Source: Eledone cirrhosa (Eukaryota). Taken from it: a stretch of DNA of 64,000 nt. The notes below the pieces were generated by a model, which did no database searches, was not told where the DNA came from, and was given only the letters and a program-made list of their open reading frames with translations. The position numbers and the translations under genes were made by a program. Of this stretch, positions 31,801 to 48,151 are shown in pieces; positions within the stretch are counted from its first letter, which is position 1; the number at the start of each line of letters is the position of its first letter. The stretch covers positions 868,001 to 932,000 of the forward strand of contig OZ024745.1 in NCBI GenBank assembly GCA_964016885.1, given 5' to 3'.

Positions 31801-31980
31801 CATACAGGGATACAGTGTACCTATTCTAAACTAGATATATATGGTATTACAACATACAGAGATACAGTGTACCTATAATAAAATAGATATACATGGTATT
31901 ATGACATACAGGGATACAGTGTACCTATTCTAAATTTGATATACATGGTATTACAACATACAGAAATACAGTGTACATAT
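25870..31980 (+). repeat. Tandem duplication with period 2684 bp (51x52+32)
   Basis: The 32-bp monomers at 27796/30480, the ATGCAT variant at 27719/30403 and the doubled 260-bp block at 26506/29190 are all offset by 2684. Boundaries are approximate. Confidence 0.88.
26444..26963 (+). repeat. Tandem 2x260-bp (5-monomer) duplication; second instance at 29128-29647
   Basis: TATAATAAAAT occurs at 26506 and 26766, and again at 29190 and 29450. Each is followed by the AAATTTG/GAAA, CATCATCC and ATTGT monomers. Confidence 0.9.
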
Positions 31981-34900
31981 TCAAAACTAGATATACATGG
32001 TCTTACATCATCCAGGGATACAGTGTACCTATTGTAAACTAAATATATATGGTATTACAACATACAGGGATACAGTGTACCTATTCTAAACTAGATATAC
32101 ATGGTATTAACACATACAGAGATACAGTGTACCTATTCTAAACTAGATATACATGGTATTACATCATACAGGGATACAGTGTACCTATTGTAAACTAGAT
32201 ATACATGGTATTACAACATACAGGGATACAGTGTACCTATTCTAAACTAGATATATATGGTCTTACAACATACAGGGATACAGTGTACCTATTCTAAACT
32301 AGATATACATGGTATTACATCATACAGGGATACAGTGTACCTATTCTAAACTAGATATATATGGTATTACAACATACAGGGATACAGTGTACCTATTCTA
32401 AACTAGATATACATGGTATTACAACATACAGGGATACAGTGTACCTATTCTAAACTAGGTATATATGGTATTACAAAATACGGGGATACAGTGTACCTAT
32501 TCTAAACTAGGTATACATGGTATTAACACATACAGAGATACAGTGTACCTATTCTAAACTAGATATATATGGTATTACAACATACAGGGATACAGTGTAC
32601 CTATTCTAAACTAGATATACATGGTATTACAACATACAGGGATACAGTGTACCTCTTCTAAACTAGATATACATGGTATTACAACATACAGGGATACAGT
32701 GTACCTATTCTAAACTAGATATACATGGTCTTACAACATACAAGGATACAGTGTACCTATTCTAAACTAGATATACATGGTATTACAACATACAGGGATA
32801 CAGTGTACCTATTCTAAACTAGATATACATGGTCTTACAACATACAGGGATACAGTGTACCTATTCTAAACTAGATATGCATGGTATTACAACATACAGG
32901 GATACAGTGTGCCTATTCTAAACTAGATATATATGGTATTACAACAGACAGGGATACAGTGTACCTGGTATTACAACATACAGGGATACAGTGTACCTAT
33001 TCTAAACTAGATATACATGGTATTACAACATACAGGGATACAGTGTACCTATTCTAAACTAGATGTACATGGTATTACAACATACAGGGATACAGTGTAC
33101 CTATTCTAAACTAGATATACATGGTAGTATGACATACAGGATTACAGTGTACCTATTCTAAACTAGATATACATGGTATTACAACATACAGGGATACAGT
33201 GTACCTATTCTAAACTAGATATACATGGTATTACAACATACAGGGATACAGTGTACCTATTCTAAACTAGATATACATGGTATTATGACATACAGGGATA
33301 CAGTGTACCTATTCTAAACTAGATATACATGGTCTTATGACATACAGGGATATAGTGTACCTATTCTAAACTAGATATACATGGTATTACAACATACAGG
33401 GATACAGTGTACCTATTCTAAACTAGATATACATGGTATTACAACATACAGGGATACAGTGTACCTATTCTAAACTAGATATACATGGTATTACAACATA
33501 CAGGGATACAGTGTACCTATTCTAAACTAGATATACATGGTATTATGACATACAGGGATACAGTGTACCTATTCTAAAGTAGATATATATGGTCTTACAA
33601 CATACAGGGATACAGTGTAGCTATTCTAAACTAGATATACATGGTATTATGACATACAGGGATACAGTGTACCTATTCTAAACTAGATATACATGGTATT
33701 ACAACATACAGGGATACAGTGTACCTATTCTAAACTAGATATATATGGTATTACAACATACAGAGATACAGTGTACCTATTCTAAACTAGATATATATGG
33801 TCTTATGACATACAGGGATACAGTGTACCTATTCTAAACTAGATATATATGGTCTTACGACATACAGGGATACAGTGTACCTATTCTAAACTAGATATAT
33901 ATGGTATTACATCATACAGGGATACAGTGTACCTATTCTAAACTAGATATATATGGTATTACAACATACAGGGATACAGTGTACCTATTCTAAGCTAGAT
34001 ATATATGGTATTACAACATACAGGGATACAGTGTACCTATTCTAAACTAGATATATATGGTATTACAACATACAGGGATACAGTGTACCTATTCTAAACT
34101 AGATATACATGGTATTACATCATACAGGGATACAGTGTACCTATTCTAAACTAGATATATATGGTATTACAACATACAGGGATACAGTGTACCTATTCTA
34201 AACTAGATATACATGGTATTACAACATACAGGGATACAGTGTACCTATTCTAAACTAGGTATATATGGTATTACAAAATACGGGGATACAGTGTACCTAT
34301 TCTAAACTAGGTATACATGGTATTAACACATACAGAGATACAGTGTACCTATTCTAAACTAGATATATATGGTATTACAACATACAGGGATACAGTGTAC
34401 CTATTCTAAACTAGATATACATGGTATTACAACATACAGGGATACAGTGTACCTCTTCTAAACTAGATATACATGGTATTACAACATACAGGGATACAGT
34501 GTACCTATTCTAAACTAGATATACATGGTCTTACAACATACAAGGATACAGTGTACCTATTCTAAACTAGATATACATGGTCTTACAACATACAGGGATA
34601 CAGTGTACCTATTCTAAACTAGATATGCATGGTATTACAACATACAGGGATACAGTGTGCCTATTCTAAACTAGATATATATGGTATTACAACAGACAGG
34701 GATACAGTGTACCTGGTATTACAACATACAGGGATACAGTGTACCTATTCTAAACTAGATATACATGGTATTACAACATACAGGGATACAGTGTACCTAT
34801 TCTAAACTAGATATACATGGTATTACAACATACAGGGATACAGTGTACCTATTCTAAACTAGATATATATGGTATTACAACATACAGAGATACAGTGTAC

Positions 34901-37900
34901 CTATTCTAAACTAGATATATATGATCTTATGACATACAGGGATACAGTGTACCTATTCTAAACTAGATATATATGGTCTTACGACATACAGGGATGCAGT
35001 GTACCTATTCTAAACTAGATATATATGGTATTACATCATACAGGGATACAGTGTACCTATTCTAAACTAGATATATATGGTATTACAACATACAGGGATA
35101 CAGTGTACCTATTCTAAGCTAGATATATATGGTATTACAACATACAGGGATACAGTGTACCTATTCTAAACTAGATATATATGGTATTACAACATACAGG
35201 GATACAGTGTATCTATTCTAAACTAGATATATATGGTATTACAACATACAGGGATACAGTGTACCTATTCTAAACTAGATATATATGGTATTACAACATA
35301 CAGGGATACAGTGTACCTATTCTAAACTAGATATATATGGTATTACAACATACAGGGATACAGTGTACCTATTCTAAGCTAGATATACATGGTATTACAA
35401 CATACAGGGATACAGTGTACCTATTCTAATCTAGATATATATGGTATTACAACATACAGAGATACAGTGTACCTATTCTAAACTAGATATATATAGTATT
35501 ACAACATACAGGGATACAGTGTACCTATTCTAAACTAGATATATATGGTATTACAACATACAGGTATACATTGTACCTATTCTAAACTAGGTATATATGG
35601 TATTACAACATACAGGGATACAGTGTAACTATTCTAAACTAGATATACATGGTATTACAACATACAGGGATACAGTGTACCTATTTTAAACTAGATATAC
35701 ATGGTAGTATGACATACAGGGATACAGCGTACCTATTCTAAACTAGATATACATGGTCTTACAACATACAGGGATACAGTGTACCTATTCTAAACTAGAT
35801 ATACATGGTATTATGACATACAGGGATACAGTGTACCTATTCTAAACTAGATATACATGGTCTTATGACATACAGGGATACAGTGTACCTATTCTAAACT
35901 AGATATACATGGTCTTACAACATACAGGGATACAGTGTACCTATTCTAAACTAAATATATATGGTATTATGACATACAGGGATACAGTGTACCTATTCTA
36001 AACTAGATATACATGGTATTACAACATACAGGGATACAGTGTACCTATTCTAAACTAGATATATATGGTATTACAACATACAGAGATACAGTGTACCTAT
36101 AATAAAATAGATATACATGGTATTATGACATACAGGGATACAGTGTACCTATTCTAAATTTGATATACATGGTATTACAACATACAGAAATACAGTGTAC
36201 ATATTCAAAACTAGATATACATGGTCTTACATCATCCAGGGATACAGTGTACCTATTGTAAACTAAATATATATGGTATTACAACATACAGGGATACAGT
36301 GTACCTATTCTAAACTAGATATACATGGTATTAACACATACAGAGATACAGTGTACCTATTCTAAACTAGATATACATGGTATTACATCATACAGGGATA
36401 CAGTGTACCTATTGTAAACTAGATATACATGGTATTACAACATACAGGGATACAGTGTACCTATTCTAAACTAGATATATATGGTCTTACAACATACAGG
36501 GATACAGTGTACCTATTCTAAACTAGATATACATGGTATTACATCATACAGGGATACAGTGTACCTATTCTAAACTAGATATATATGGTATTACAACATA
36601 CAGGGATACAGTGTACCTATTCTAAACTAGATATACATGGTATTACAACATACAGGGATACAGTGTACCTATTCTAAACTAGGTATATATGGTATTACAA
36701 AATACGGGGATACAGTGTACCTATTCTAAACTAGGTATACATGGTATTAACACATACAGAGATACAGTGTACCTATTCTAAACTAGATATATATGGTATT
36801 ACAACATACAGGGATACAGTGTACCTATTCTAAACTAGATATACATGGTATTACAACATACAGGGATACAGTGTACCTCTTCTAAACTAGATATACATGG
36901 TATTACAACATACAGGGATACAGTGTACCTATTCTAAACTAGATATACATGGTCTTACAACATACAAGGATACAGTGTACCTATTCTAAACTAGATATAC
37001 ATGGTATTACAACATACAGGGATACAGTGTACCTATTCTAAACTAGATATACATGGTCTTACAACATACAGGGATACAGTGTACCTATTCTAAACTAGAT
37101 ATGCATGGTATTACAACATACAGGGATACAGTGTGCCTATTCTAAACTAGATATATATGGTATTACAACAGACAGGGATACAGTGTACCTGGTATTACAA
37201 CATACAGGGATACAGTGTACCTATTCTAAACTAGATATACATGGTATTACAACATACAGGGATACAGTGTACCTATTCTAAACTAGATGTACATGGTATT
37301 ACAACATACAGGGATACAGTGTACCTATTCTAAACTAGATATACATGGTAGTATGACATACAGGATTACAGTGTACCTATTCTAAACTAGATATACATGG
37401 TATTACAACATACAGGGATACAGTGTACCTATTCTAAACTAGATATACATGGTATTACAACATACAGGGATACAGTGTACCTATTCTAAACTAGATATAC
37501 ATGGTATTATGACATACAGGGATACAGTGTACCTATTCTAAACTAGATATACATGGTCTTATGACATACAGGGATATAGTGTACCTATTCTAAACTAGAT
37601 ATACATGGTATTACAACATACAGGGATACAGTGTACCTATTCTAAACTAGATATACATGGTATTACAACATACAGGGATACAGTGTACCTATTCTAAACT
37701 AGATATACATGGTATTACAACATACAGGGATACAGTGTACCTATTCTAAACTAGATATACATGGTATTATGACATACAGGGATACAGTGTACCTATTCTA
37801 AAGTAGATATATATGGTCTTACAACATACAGGGATACAGTGTAGCTATTCTAAACTAGATATACATGGTATTATGACATACAGGGATACAGTGTACCTAT

Positions 37901-38303
37901 TCTAAACTAGATATACATGGTATTACAACATACAGGGATACAGTGTACCTATTCTAAACTAGATATATATGGTATTACAACATACAGAGATACAGTGTAC
38001 CTATTCTAAACTAGATATATATGGTCTTATGACATACAGGGATACAGTGTACCTATTCTAAACTAGATATATATGGTCTTACGACATACAGGGATACAGT
38101 GTACCTATTCTAAACTAGATATATATGGTATTACATCATACAGGGATACAGTGTACCTATTCTAAACTAGATATATATGGTATTACAACATACAGGGATA
38201 CAGTGTACCTATTCTAAGCTAGATATATATGGTATTACAACATACAGGGATACAGTGTACCTATTCTAAACTAGATATATATGGTATTACAACATACAGG
38301 GAT
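29856..38303 (+). repeat. Tandem duplication 2x4224 bp (80x52+2x32), junction near 34080
   Basis: Variants at 31983/36207 (TTCAAAA) and 33353/37577 (GATATAG), 32-bp monomers at 30480/34704 and 32956/37180, and TATAAT at 31874/36098 are all offset by 4224. Confidence 0.92.
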
Positions 38304-41300
38304 ACAGTGTATCTATTCTAAACTAGATATATATGGTATTACAACATACAGGGATACAGTGTACCTATTCTAAACTAGATATATATGGTATTACAACATA
38401 CAGGGATACAGTGTACCTATTCTAAACTAGATATATATGGTATTACAACATACAGGGATACAGTGTACCTATTCTAAGCTAGATATACATGGTATTACAA
38501 CATACAGGGATACAGTGTACCTATTCTAATCTAGATATATATGGTATTACAACATACAGGGATACAGTGTACCTATTCTAAACTAGATATATATAGTATT
38601 ACAACATACGGGGATACAGTGTACCTATTCTAAACTAGATATATATGGTATTACAACATACAGGTATGCATTGTACCTATTCTAAACTAGGTATATATGG
38701 TATTACAACATACAGGGATACAGTGTAACTATTCTAAACTAGATATACATGGTATTACAACATACAGGGATACAGTGTACCTATTTTAAACTAGATATAC
38801 ATGGTAGTATGACATACAGGGATACAGCGTACCTATTCTAAACTAGATATACATGGTCTTACAACATACAGGGATACAGTGTACCTATTCTAAACTAGAT
38901 ATACATGGTATTATGACATACAGGGATACAGTGTACCTATTCTAAACTAGATATACATGGTCTTATGACATACAGGGATACAGTGTACCTATTCTAAACT
39001 AGATATACATGGTATTACAACATACAGGGATACAGTGTACCTATTCTAAACTAGATATATATGGTATTACAACATACAGAGATACAGTGTACCTATAATA
39101 AAATAGATATACATGGTATTATGACATACAGGGATACAGTGTACCTATTCTAAATTTGATATACATGGTATTACAACATACAGAGATACAGTGTACATAT
39201 TCTAAACTAGATATACATGGTCTTACATCATCCAGGGATACAGTGTACCTATTGTAAACTAGATATATATGGTATTACAACATACAGGGATACAGTGTAC
39301 CTATTCTAAACTAGATATACATGGTATTAACACATACAGAGATACAGTGTACCTATTCTAAACTAGATATACATGGTATTACATCATACAGGGATACAGT
39401 GTACCTATTGTAAACTAGATATACATGGTATTACAACATACAGGGATACAGTGTACCTATTCTAAACTAGATATATATGGTCTTACAACATACAGGGATA
39501 CAGTGTACCTATTCTAAACTAGATATACATGGTATTACATCATACAGGGATACAGTGTTCCTATTCTAAACTAGATATACATGGTATTACAACATACAGG
39601 GATACAGTGTACCTATTCTAAACTAGGTATATATGGTATTACAAAATACAGGGATACAGTGTACCTATTCTAAACTAGGTATACATGGTATTAACACATA
39701 CAGAGATACAGTGTACCTATTCTAAACTAGATATATATGGTATTACAACATACAGGGATACAGTGTACCTATTCTAAACTAGATATACACGGTATTACAA
39801 CATACAGGGATACAGTGTACCTCTTCTAAACTAGATATACATGGTATTACAACATACAGGGATACAGTGTACCTATTCTAAACTAGATATACATGGTCTT
39901 ACAACATACAGGGATACAGTGTACCTATTCTAAACTAGATATACATGGTATTACAACATACAGGGATACAGTGTACCTATTCTAAACTAGATATACATGG
40001 TCTTACAACATACAGGGATACAGTGTACCTATTCTAAACTAGATATACATGGTATTACAACATACAGGGATACAGTGTACCTATTCTAAACTAGATATAT
40101 ATGGTATTACAACATACAGGGATACAGTGTACCTATTCTAAACTAGATATGCATGGTATTACAACATACAGGGATACAGTGTACCTATTCTAAACTAGAT
40201 ATACATGGTATTACAACATACAGGGATACAGTGTACCTATTCTAAACTAGATATACATGGTCTTACAACATACAAGGATACAGTGTACCTATTCTAAACT
40301 AGATATACATGGTATTACAACATACAGGGATACAGTGTACCTATTCTAAACTAGATATACATGGTCTTACAACATACAGGGATACAGTGTACCTATTCTA
40401 AACTAGATATACATGGTATTACAACATACAGGGATACAGTGTACCTGGTATTACAACATACAGGGATACAGTGTACCTATTCTAAACTAGATATACATGG
40501 TATTACAACATACAGGGATACAGTGTACCTATTCTAAACTAGATATACATGGTATTACAACATACAGGGATACAGTGTACCTATTCTAAACTAGATGTAC
40601 ATGGTATTACAACATACAGGGATAGTGTACCTATTCTAAACTAGATATACATGGTCTTACAACATACAGGGATACAGTGTACCTATTCTAAACTAGATAT
40701 ACATGGTATTACAACATACAGGGATACAGTGTACCTATTCTAAACTAGATATACATGGTCTTACAACATACAGGGATACAGTGTACCTATTCTAAACTAG
40801 ATATACATGGTATTACAACATACAGGGATACAGTGTACCTATTCTAAACTAGATATATATGGTATTACAACATACAGGGATACAGTGTACCTATTCTAAA
40901 CTAGATATACATGGTATTACAACATACAGGGATACAGTGTACCTATTCTAAACTAGATATACATGGTATTACAACATACAGGGATACAGTGTACCTATTC
41001 TAAACTAGATATACATGGTCTTACAACATACAAGGATACAGTGTACCTATTCTAAACTAGATATACATGGTATTACAACATACAGGGATACAGTGTACCT
41101 ATTCTAAACTAGATATACATGGTCTTACAACATACAGGGATACAGTGTACCTATTCTAAACTAGATATACATGGTATTACAACATACAGGGATACAGTGT
41201 GCCTATTCTAAACTAGATATATATGGTATTACAACAGACAGGGATACAGTGTACCTGGTATTACAACATACAGGGATACAGTGTACCTATTCTAAACTAG

Positions 41301-44300
41301 ATATACATGGTATTACAACATACAGGGATACAGTGTACCTATTCTAAACTAGATGTACATGGTATTACAACATACAGGGATACAGTGTACCTATTCTAAA
41401 CTAGATATACATGGTAGTATGACATACAGGATTACAGTGTACCTATTCTAAACTAGATATACATGGTATTACAACATACAGGGATACAGTGTACCTATTC
41501 TAAACTAGATATACATGGTATTACAACATACAGGGATACAGTGTACCTATTCTAAACTAGATATACATGGTATTATGACATACAGGGATACAGTGTACTT
41601 ATTCTAAACTAGATATACATGGTCTTATGACATACAGGGATACAGTGTACCTATTCTAAACTAGATATACATGGTATTACAACATACAGGGATACAGTGT
41701 GCCTATTCTAAACTAGATATACATGGTATTACAACATACAGGGATACAGTGTACCTATTCTAAACTAGATATACATGGTATTACAACATACAGGGATACA
41801 GTGTACCTATTCTAAACTAGATATACATGGTATTATGACATACAGGGATACAGCGTACCTATTCTAAAGTAGATATATATGGTCTTACAACATACAGGGA
41901 TACAGTGAAGCTATTCTAAACTAGATATACATGGTATTATGACATACAGGGATACAGTGTACCTATTCTAAACTAGATATACATGGTATTACAACATACA
42001 GGGATACAGTGTACCTATTCTAAACTAGATATATATGGTATTACAACATACAGAGATACAGTGTACCTATTCTAAACTAGATATATATGATCTTATGACA
42101 TACAGGGATACAGTGTACCTATTCTAAACTAGATATATATGGTCTTACGACATACAGGGATGCAGTGTACCTATTCTAAACTAGATATATATGGTATTAC
42201 ATCATACAGGGATACAGTGTACCTATTCTAAACTAGATATATATGGTATTACAACATACAGGGATACAGTGTACCTATTCTAAACTAGATATACATGGTA
42301 TTACAACATACAGGGATACAGTGTACCTATTCTAAACTAGATATACATGGTATTACAACATACAGGGATACAGTGTACCTATTCTAAGCTAGATATACAT
42401 GGTATTACAACATACAGGGATACAGTGTACCTATTCTAATCTAGATATATATGGTATTACAACATACAGGGATACAGTGTACCTATTCTAAACTAGATAT
42501 ATATAGTATTACAACATACAGGGATACAGTGTACCTATTCTAAACTAGATATATATGGTATTACAACATACAGGTATACATTGTACCTATTCTAAACTAG
42601 GTATATATGGTATTACAACATACAGGGATACAGTGTAACTATTCTAAACTAGATATACATGGTATTACAACATACAGGGATACAGCGTACCTATTTTAAA
42701 CTAGATATACATGGTAGTATGACATACAGGGATACAGCGTACCTATTCTAAACTAGATATACATGGTCTTACAACATACAGGGATACAGTGTACCTATTC
42801 TAAACTAGATATACATGGTATTATGACATACAGGGATACAGTGTACCTATTCTAAACTAGATATACATGGTCTTATGACATACAGGGATACAGTGTACCT
42901 ATTCTAAACTAAATATATATGGTATTATGACATACAGGGATACAGTGTACCTATTCTAAACTAGATATACATGGTATTACAACATACAGGGATACAGTGT
43001 ACCTATTCTAAACTAGATATATATGGTATTACAACATACAGAGATACAGTGTACCTATAATAAAATAGATATACATGGTATTATGACATACAGGGATACA
43101 GTGTACCTATTCTAAATTTGATATACATGGTATTACAACATACAGAAATACAGTGTACATATTCTAAACTAGATATACATGGTCTTACATCATCCAGGGA
43201 TACAGTGTACCTATTGTAAACTAGATATATATGGTATTACAACATACAGGGATACAGTGTACCTATTCTAAACTAGATATACATGGTATTAACACATACA
43301 GAGATACAGTGTACCTATTCTAAACTAGATGTACATGGTATTACAACATACAGGGATACAGTGTACCTATTCTAAACTAGATATACATGGTATTACAACA
43401 GACAGGGATACAGTGTACCTGGTATTACAACATACAGGGATACAGTGTACCTATTCTAAACTAGATATACATGGTAGTATGACATACAGGATTACAGTGT
43501 ACCTATTCTAAACTAGATATACATGGTATTACAACATACAGGGATACAGTGTACCTATTCTAAACTAGATATACATGGTATTACAACATACAGGGATACA
43601 GTGTACCTATTCTAAACTAGATATACATGGTATTATGACATACAGGGATACAGTGTACCTATTCTAAACTAGATATACATGGTCTTATGACATACAGGGA
43701 TATAGTGTACCTATTCTAAACTGGATATACATGGTATTACAACATACAGGGATACAGTGTACCTATTCTAAACTAGATATACATGGTATTACAACATACA
43801 GGGATACAGTGTACCTATTCTAAACTAGATATACATGGTATTACAACATACAGGGATACAGTGTACCTATTCTAAACTAGATATACATGGTATTATGACA
43901 TACAGGGATACAGTGTACCTATTCTAAAGTAGATATATATGGTCTTACAACATACAGGGATACAGTGTAGCTATTCTAAACTAGATATACATGGTATTAT
44001 GACATACAGGGATACAGTGTACCTATTCTAAACTAGATATACATGGTATTACAACATACAGGGATACAGTGTACCTATTCTAAACTAGATATATATGGTA
44101 TTACAACATACAGAGATACAGTGTACCTATTCTAAACTAGATATATATGGTCTTATGACATACAGGGATACAGTGTACCTATTCTAAACTAGATATATAT
44201 GGTCTTACGACATACAGGGATGCAGTGTACCTATTCTAAACTAGATATATATGGTATTACATCATACAGGGATACAGTGTACCTATTCTAAACTAGATAT

Positions 44301-47300
44301 ATATGGTATTACAACATACAGGGATACAGTGTACCTATTCTAAGCTAGATATATATGGTATTACAACATACAGGGATACAGTGTACCTATTCTAAACTAG
44401 ATATATATGGTATTACAACATACAGGGATACAGTGTATCTATTCTAAACTAGATATATATGGTATTACAACATACAGGGATACAGTGTACCTATTCTAAA
44501 CTAGATATATATGGTATTACAACATACAGGGATACAGTGTACCTATTCTAAACTAGATATATATGGTATTACAACATACAGGGATACAGTGTACCTATTC
44601 TAAGCTAGATATACATGGTATTACAACATACAGGGATACAGTGTACCTATTCTAATCTAGATATATATGGTATTACAACATACAGGGATACAGTGTACCT
44701 ATTCTAAACTAGATATATATAGTATTACAACATACAGGGATACAGTGTACCTATTCTAAACTAGATATATATGGTATTACAACATACAGGTATACATTGT
44801 ACCTATTCTAAACTAGGTATATATGGTATTACAACATACAGGGATACAGTGTAACTATTCTAAACTAGATATACATGGTATTACAACATACAGGGATACA
44901 GTGTACCTATTTTAAACTAGATATACATGGTAGTATGACATACAGGGATACAGCGTACCTATTCTAAACTAGATATACATGGTCTTACAACATACAGGGA
45001 TACAGTGTACCTATTCTAAACTAGATATACATGGTATTATGACATACAGGGATACAGTGTACCTATTCTAAACTAGATATACATGGTCTTATGACATACA
45101 GGGATACAGTGTACCTATTCTAAACTAGATATACATGGTCTTACAACATACAGGGATACAGTGTACCTATTCTAAACTAAATATATATGGTATTATGACA
45201 TACAGGGATACAGTGTACATATTCTAAACTAGATATACATGGTATTACAACATACAGGGATACAGTGTACCTATTCTAAACTAGATATATATGGTATTAC
45301 AACATACAGAGATACAGTGTACCTATAATAAAATAGATATACATGGTATTATGACATACAGGGATACAGTGTACCTATTCTAAATTTGATATACATGGTA
45401 TTACAACATACAGAGATACAGTGTACATATTCTAAACTAGATATACATGGTCTTACATCATCCAGGGATACAGTGTACCTATTGTAAACTAGATATATAT
45501 GGTATTACAACATACAGGGATACAGTGTACCTATTCTAAACTAGATATACATGGTATTAACACATACAGAGATACAGTGTACCTATTCTAAACTAGATAT
45601 ACATGGTATTACATCATACAGGGATACAGTGTACCTATTGTAAACTAGATATACATGGTATTACAACATACAGGGATACAGTGTACCTATTCTAAACTAG
45701 ATATATATGGTCTTACAACATACAGGGATACAGTGTACCTATTCTAAACTAGATATACATGGTATTACATCATACAGGGATACAGTGTACCTATTCTAAA
45801 CTAGATATACATGGTATTACAACATACAGGGATACAGTGTACCTATTCTAAACTAGGTATATATGGTATTACAAAATACAGGGATACAGTGTACCTATTC
45901 TAAACTAGGTATACATGGTATTAACACATACAGAGATACAGTGTACCTATTCTAAACTAGATATATATGGTATTACAACATACAGGGATACAGTGTACCT
46001 ATTCTAAACTAGATATACACGGTATTACAACATACAGGGATACAGTGTACCTCTTCTAAACTAGATATACATGGTATTACAACATACAGGGATACAGTGT
46101 ACCTATTCTAAACTAGATGTACATGGTATTACAACATACAGGGATACAGTGTACCTATTCTAAACTAGATATACATGGTCTTACAACATACAGGGATACA
46201 GTGTACCTATTCTAAACTAGATATACATGGTATTACAACATACAGGGATACAGTGTACCTATTCTAAACTAGATATACATGGTCTTACAACATACAGGGA
46301 TACAGTGTACCTATTCTAAACTAGATATACATGGTATTACAACATACAGGGATACAGTGTACCTATTCTAAACTAGATATATATGGTATTACAACATACA
46401 GGGATACAGTGTACCTATTCTAAACTAGATATACATGGTATTACAACATACAGGGATACAGTGTACCTATTCTAAACTAGATATACATGGTATTACAACA
46501 TACAGGGATACAGTGTACCTATTCTAAACTAGATATACATGGTCTTACAACATACAAGGATACAGTGTACCTATTCTAAACTAGATATACATGGTATTAC
46601 AACATACAGGGATACAGTGTACCTATTCTAAACTAGATATACATGGTCTTACAACATACAGGGATACAGTGTACCTATTCTAAACTAGATATACATGGTA
46701 TTACAACATACAGGGATACAGTGTGCCTATTCTAAACTAGATATATATGGTATTACAACAGACAGGGATACAGTGTACCTGGTATTACAACATACAGGGA
46801 TACAGTGTACCTATTCTAAACTAGATATACATGGTATTACAACATACAGGGATACAGTGTACCTATTCTAAACTAGATGTACATGGTATTACAACATACA
46901 GGGATACAGTGTACCTATTCTAAACTAGATATACATGGTAGTATGACATACAGGATTACAGTGTACCTATTCTAAACTAGATATACATGGTATTACAACA
47001 TACAGGGATACAGTGTACCTATTCTAAACTAGATATACATGGTATTACAACATACAGGGATACAGTGTACCTATTCTAAACTAGATATACATGGTATTAT
47101 GACATACAGGGATAGTGTACTTATTCTAAACTAGATATACATGGTCTTATGACATACAGGGATACAGTGTACCTATTCTAAACTAGATATACATGGTATT
47201 ACAACATACAGGGATACAGTGTGCCTATTCTAAACTAGATATACATGGTATTACAACATACAGGGATACAGTGTACCTATTCTAAACTAGATATACATGG

Positions 47301-48151
47301 TATTACAACATACAGGGATACAGTGTACCTATTCTAAACTAGATATACATGGTATTATGACATACAGGGATACAGCGTACCTATTCTAAAGTAGATATAT
47401 ATGGTCTTACAACATACAGGGATACAGTGTAGCTATTCTAAACTAGATATACATGGTATTATGACATACAGGGATACAGTGTACCTATTCTAAACTAGAT
47501 ATACATGGTATTACAACATACAGGGATACAGTGTACCTATTCTAAACTAGATATATATGGTATTACAACATACAGAGATACAGTGTACCTATTCTAAACT
47601 AGATATATATGATCTTATGACATACAGGGATACAGTGTACCTATTCTAAACTAGATTTATATGATCTTACGACATACAGGGATGCAGTGTACCTATTCTA
47701 AACTAGATATATATGGTATTACATCATACAGGGATACAGTGTACCTATTCTAAACTAGATATATATGGTATTACAACATACAGGGATACAGTGTACCTAT
47801 TCTAAACTAGATATACATGGTATTACAACATACAGGGATACAGTGTACCTATTCTAAACTAGATATACATGGTATTACAACATACAGGGATACAGTGTAC
47901 CTATTCTAAGCTAGATATACATGGTATTACAACATACAGGGATACAGTGTACCTATTCTAATCTAGATATATATGGTATTACAACATACAGGGATACAGT
48001 GTACCTATTCTAAACTAGATATATATAGTATTACAACATACAGGGATACAGTGTACCTATTCTAAACTAGATATATATGGTATTACAACATACAGGTATA
48101 CATTGTACCTATTCTAAACTAGGTATATATGGTATTACAACATACAGGGAT

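Noticed and set aside
43329-43511. 60-aa ORF MYMVLQHTGIQCTYSKLDIHG...
   Set aside because: It is a translation of the satellite. The GATGTAC variant supplies an ATG and the 32-bp monomer at 43410 skips the usual TAA stop. The peptide is the repeat read twice, with no gene context.
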